Assembly: GCA_964016885.1 (NCBI GenBank)
Contig: OZ024740.1
Coordinates: 129,332,001-129,396,000 of the forward strand
Direction: 5' to 3'
Length of the DNA: 64,000 nt
From: Eledone cirrhosa
Lineage: Eukaryota
Shown: positions 60,753 to 64,000 of the stretch, piece after piece
How positions within the stretch are numbered: position 1 is the stretch's first letter
Layout of the letters: each line of letters begins with the position of its first letter
Position numbers and translations under genes: made by a program
The notes under the pieces: model-generated
What the model saw: the letters and a program-made list of their open reading frames with translations, nothing else
Databases searched by the model: none
Told to the model about the DNA's origin: nothing

Positions 60753-61349
60753 ACAATACCACCAGTTATCTCTTCCAATTTCTTTTTCTCTAAGTCTCTC
60801 TTTTTCTCTCTCTCTCTTTCACAACCACTATATCTTTCTCACCCTCTCTCTGTTTATGAAGGTAGCCGGAAAAACCATATATCTCGATGAATCATGTTTT
60901 ATTCCATTTGTATTGCCATTACAGTGTCAACTACCTTTCAATGTATTTTCCCATTAAGCGCCCTTTTCGCTGAATTACGTTACAAACAAGTAAGCAATCA
61001 CAGATATTTAGTAATATATAGATAGATGTATATGGGTGTATGTGTGTTTGTGTGTCTGGCTGTGTGTGTGTAAGCATGAGTGTGTGTGTATATTTACATT
61101 TTAATGTTCGTGAAAATCAACGTAAATGTATATTGTTGAATAACTGTAAGTGTGAATATGCGTAGGAATAAGTATGTGCGTATGCTATCATAAATATATT
61201 TTGATACACATTTTGGAGTTTGTATGTTTATTCAGACATTCTCCAATTTATTTCCATGGGCGACAATATTTCCCGAATATATATATATTTTACAATATTT
61301 ACAATTTAATTATTTTTAATACTTAAAATTTAATTTAATTTTTTCAGTG

Positions 61350-61406
<57 letters not shown>

Positions 61407-61817
61407 AGTCTACAATATGAATTTCACAAATAAATAGCTGAGTAAATTACATGAAGGAAAAACAAAATCAAAATAAATTATATATATATATATAGCATGT
61501 AAATTTAAATTCATTTTCTAATCAGATTTGAAAGTTTTAGTAGATAAGTTCAACGTTTAAGAAGCGTGAAATCGATAAAATAATTACATATTTCAGGAAA
61601 TGAAAATAATTTATGAATAAAATATTTTCAGGAAATACACACGTACAAACACATTTATATAATCTTAGAAAATATTTCGTAAATGTGCGAGTGTTCATAT
61701 CTCTAGCACTTCGCTCTCTCTCCCTCAGTCTCTTGCACTCTCTTGCTTTCTCTCCCCCTCTCTCTCATTCTCTTTAACTCCCTTCTCACTCTAGTTCAGC
61801 ATATATGTAAAGGGAAA

Positions 61818-61938
<121 letters not shown>

Positions 61939-62049
61939 GCATCTAACAATTTAGTCGACCACTCTTTTATATATATGCATTTTTTATATATTCGTATATT
62001 AAACATGCTGACTATTATACTGTCTGCTGTCCATTAAATATATATTTAT

Positions 62050-62262
<213 letters not shown>

Positions 62263-62742
62263 ACTATTAATGCGATTGTGAAATCAGATCAAAATGACCA
62301 TATATTCTTGTGATGATTTATAGTGCGTACGTATAGTGCTTTATCAGTTTGATTAAGATACACTTCAATAATTCCTAATTACATTACAGGATAATCATGC
62401 TTGATTTATTACAGTAGATTTATAACAAGATATCTTGTTTTTACCTGTCTTGAATATGCTCGTTTAATCTGCGTTTTTATCATATGGTTTCAATACAAAG
62501 TATGTAATGAAATTTAGAACAAAGTCGATTTAAGAATTTACCAAGCACTTTTATGCTGTAATGTTTGCTGAATGATATATAACATTGTTCTTAATAGGAA
62601 TCAACTCAGTTTCAGAAGATGTTTCAAAGGAAAAACATTAAGTTCTAATTGAATACCATTTTAATTTCACTTTCCTCACAACATGCTAAATGTGAAATCC
62701 AAGTTGTTGGCCAAGACCCGTATAATTCTAGAAATGATACAA

Positions 62743-62774
<32 letters not shown>

Positions 62775-63106
62775 ATGTGTCTGTGTTTGTGTGTGTATAT
62801 GTGTATGTGTGTGTGTGTATATATGTATATTGTATAAGGAGAATATCAGGAAAAAACACTGAACGTTTGATTAGTTGATACATGTATTTATAGTCTTCAA
62901 TATGTGTTTCACCACAGCTATTTGACCGCATACACTATCTAAATTATTACGTATTCCAACATGACGCACTGTACTGTCAAATATAGCATTTCATAAGCGA
63001 TCAATTGTTCCTCATATTTTAACTATAATAAAGAAATGAGTGCGGGACTGCATCCAGAATATATTTTTTAACCCGTTTGTAAAATAAGTTGGATTACTTT
63101 GAATAA

Positions 63107-63296
63107 ATTACTGTTTCTAATTTTGGGGCACAAGGCCATCAAAAACCCAGTACATTACTGGTACTTTATTTTATAGACCCCGTAAGGATGAAAGGCAAAG
63201 TTAACCTCGGCGGAATTTGAACTCAGACCCTAAAGGGACGTAACTATGCTGGAAAGCATGGCGTCCAATCCTCTACCGGTACTGCCAATCCACCGC
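63107..63296 (-). mobile_element. SINE family A copy
   Basis: Reverse complement is colinear with 32988-33172. Confidence 0.85.
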
Positions 63297-63810
63297 ACTT
63301 TTTTCAATAAATAATGAATGAATATTACATAATTTATCTACTAAATGTTGTGGCTGTTGATTAAATATATTGTATAGATTATTTAAAGATTCACTTCTTT
63401 AAAATTGTCAAATGTCAACACTTCCGGTTACGGGCCGTTATATTATAAGACTTATAATCGCATATATTTCCGTCGCTAATTTTCAACTAATGCAGTTTAT
63501 ATATAATATCGTCTTTTTTTAAATGTATCATGGATTACGTTACTGATTACAGGAGACAGTGTAACACAGTCCTCGTCTAATTTATGTGTGTATGGTCAAT
63601 ATACACACTACACATGCTAGCAGAAAACCACACGGCAGGTATTTTTTCTGCTAGTATATGTAATTGAGAATGTAATTTACTTTGCTACAGTTAGTAGAGT
63701 TGCCCTCTCCATATGATGCATTTGGGATGGTCGTATATGCCAAAGAAAAAAATAACACATTGTGAAAGTTGTCAAGCCATACATTTCCTAAACGCGACCC
63801 TATTTAATGA

Positions 63811-63874
<64 letters not shown>

Positions 63875-63885
<11 letters not shown>

Positions 63886-63915
63886 TAAATTTGAAGACTA
63901 AAATCCAAAGAGGGT

Positions 63916-63920
<5 letters not shown>
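63875..63920 (-). mobile_element. ~45-bp family X 3' terminus inserted in (TA)n
   Basis: AGTGATAATAATAAATTTGAAGACTAAAATCCAAAGAGGGGTTCGAT matches 50243-50288. Confidence 0.75.

Positions 63921-64000
<80 letters not shown>

Overview
AT-rich, microsatellite-dense animal non-coding DNA. The SINE set and very long (TA)n tracts suggest a cephalopod or other mollusc, but this is inference. No host protein-coding gene can be supported. The window is dominated by Penelope-like retroelements (PLEs) with RT (YRDD) followed by a C-terminal GIY-YIG endonuclease, whose Cys/His motifs resemble the Naiad clade. Most copies abut (TA)n tracts. There is one intact ORF (43175-45316, -), one ORF broken only by two homopolymer +1 frameshifts (21020-23424, +), two decayed copies, and many ~50-300 bp terminal fragments. 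Reading the non-coding parts by eye shows type I hammerhead ribozyme (HHR) folds in the pseudo-LTRs of several distinct families, including two with a U3-A8 compensatory core. Headline finding: a non-coding 422-bp tandem repeat (59627-60706) carries one hammerhead per monomer, i.e. a retrozyme-like element predicted to give self-cleaving and possibly circular 422-nt RNAs. It is fused directly to a PLE-type 3' terminus. Other points: the intact PLE carries ~3 kb of TA/CA microsatellite inside its terminal repeat; inverted 5' segments end at a stereotyped position after the HHR; a GAGTRC motif recurs before the 3' termini; and one PLE-like fold-back family has a conserved non-hammerhead structure. 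SINEs, an RTE LINE 3' end, non-autonomous Helitrons and a MITE are also present. All folds and alignments were done by eye, and boundaries are approximate to a few bases.
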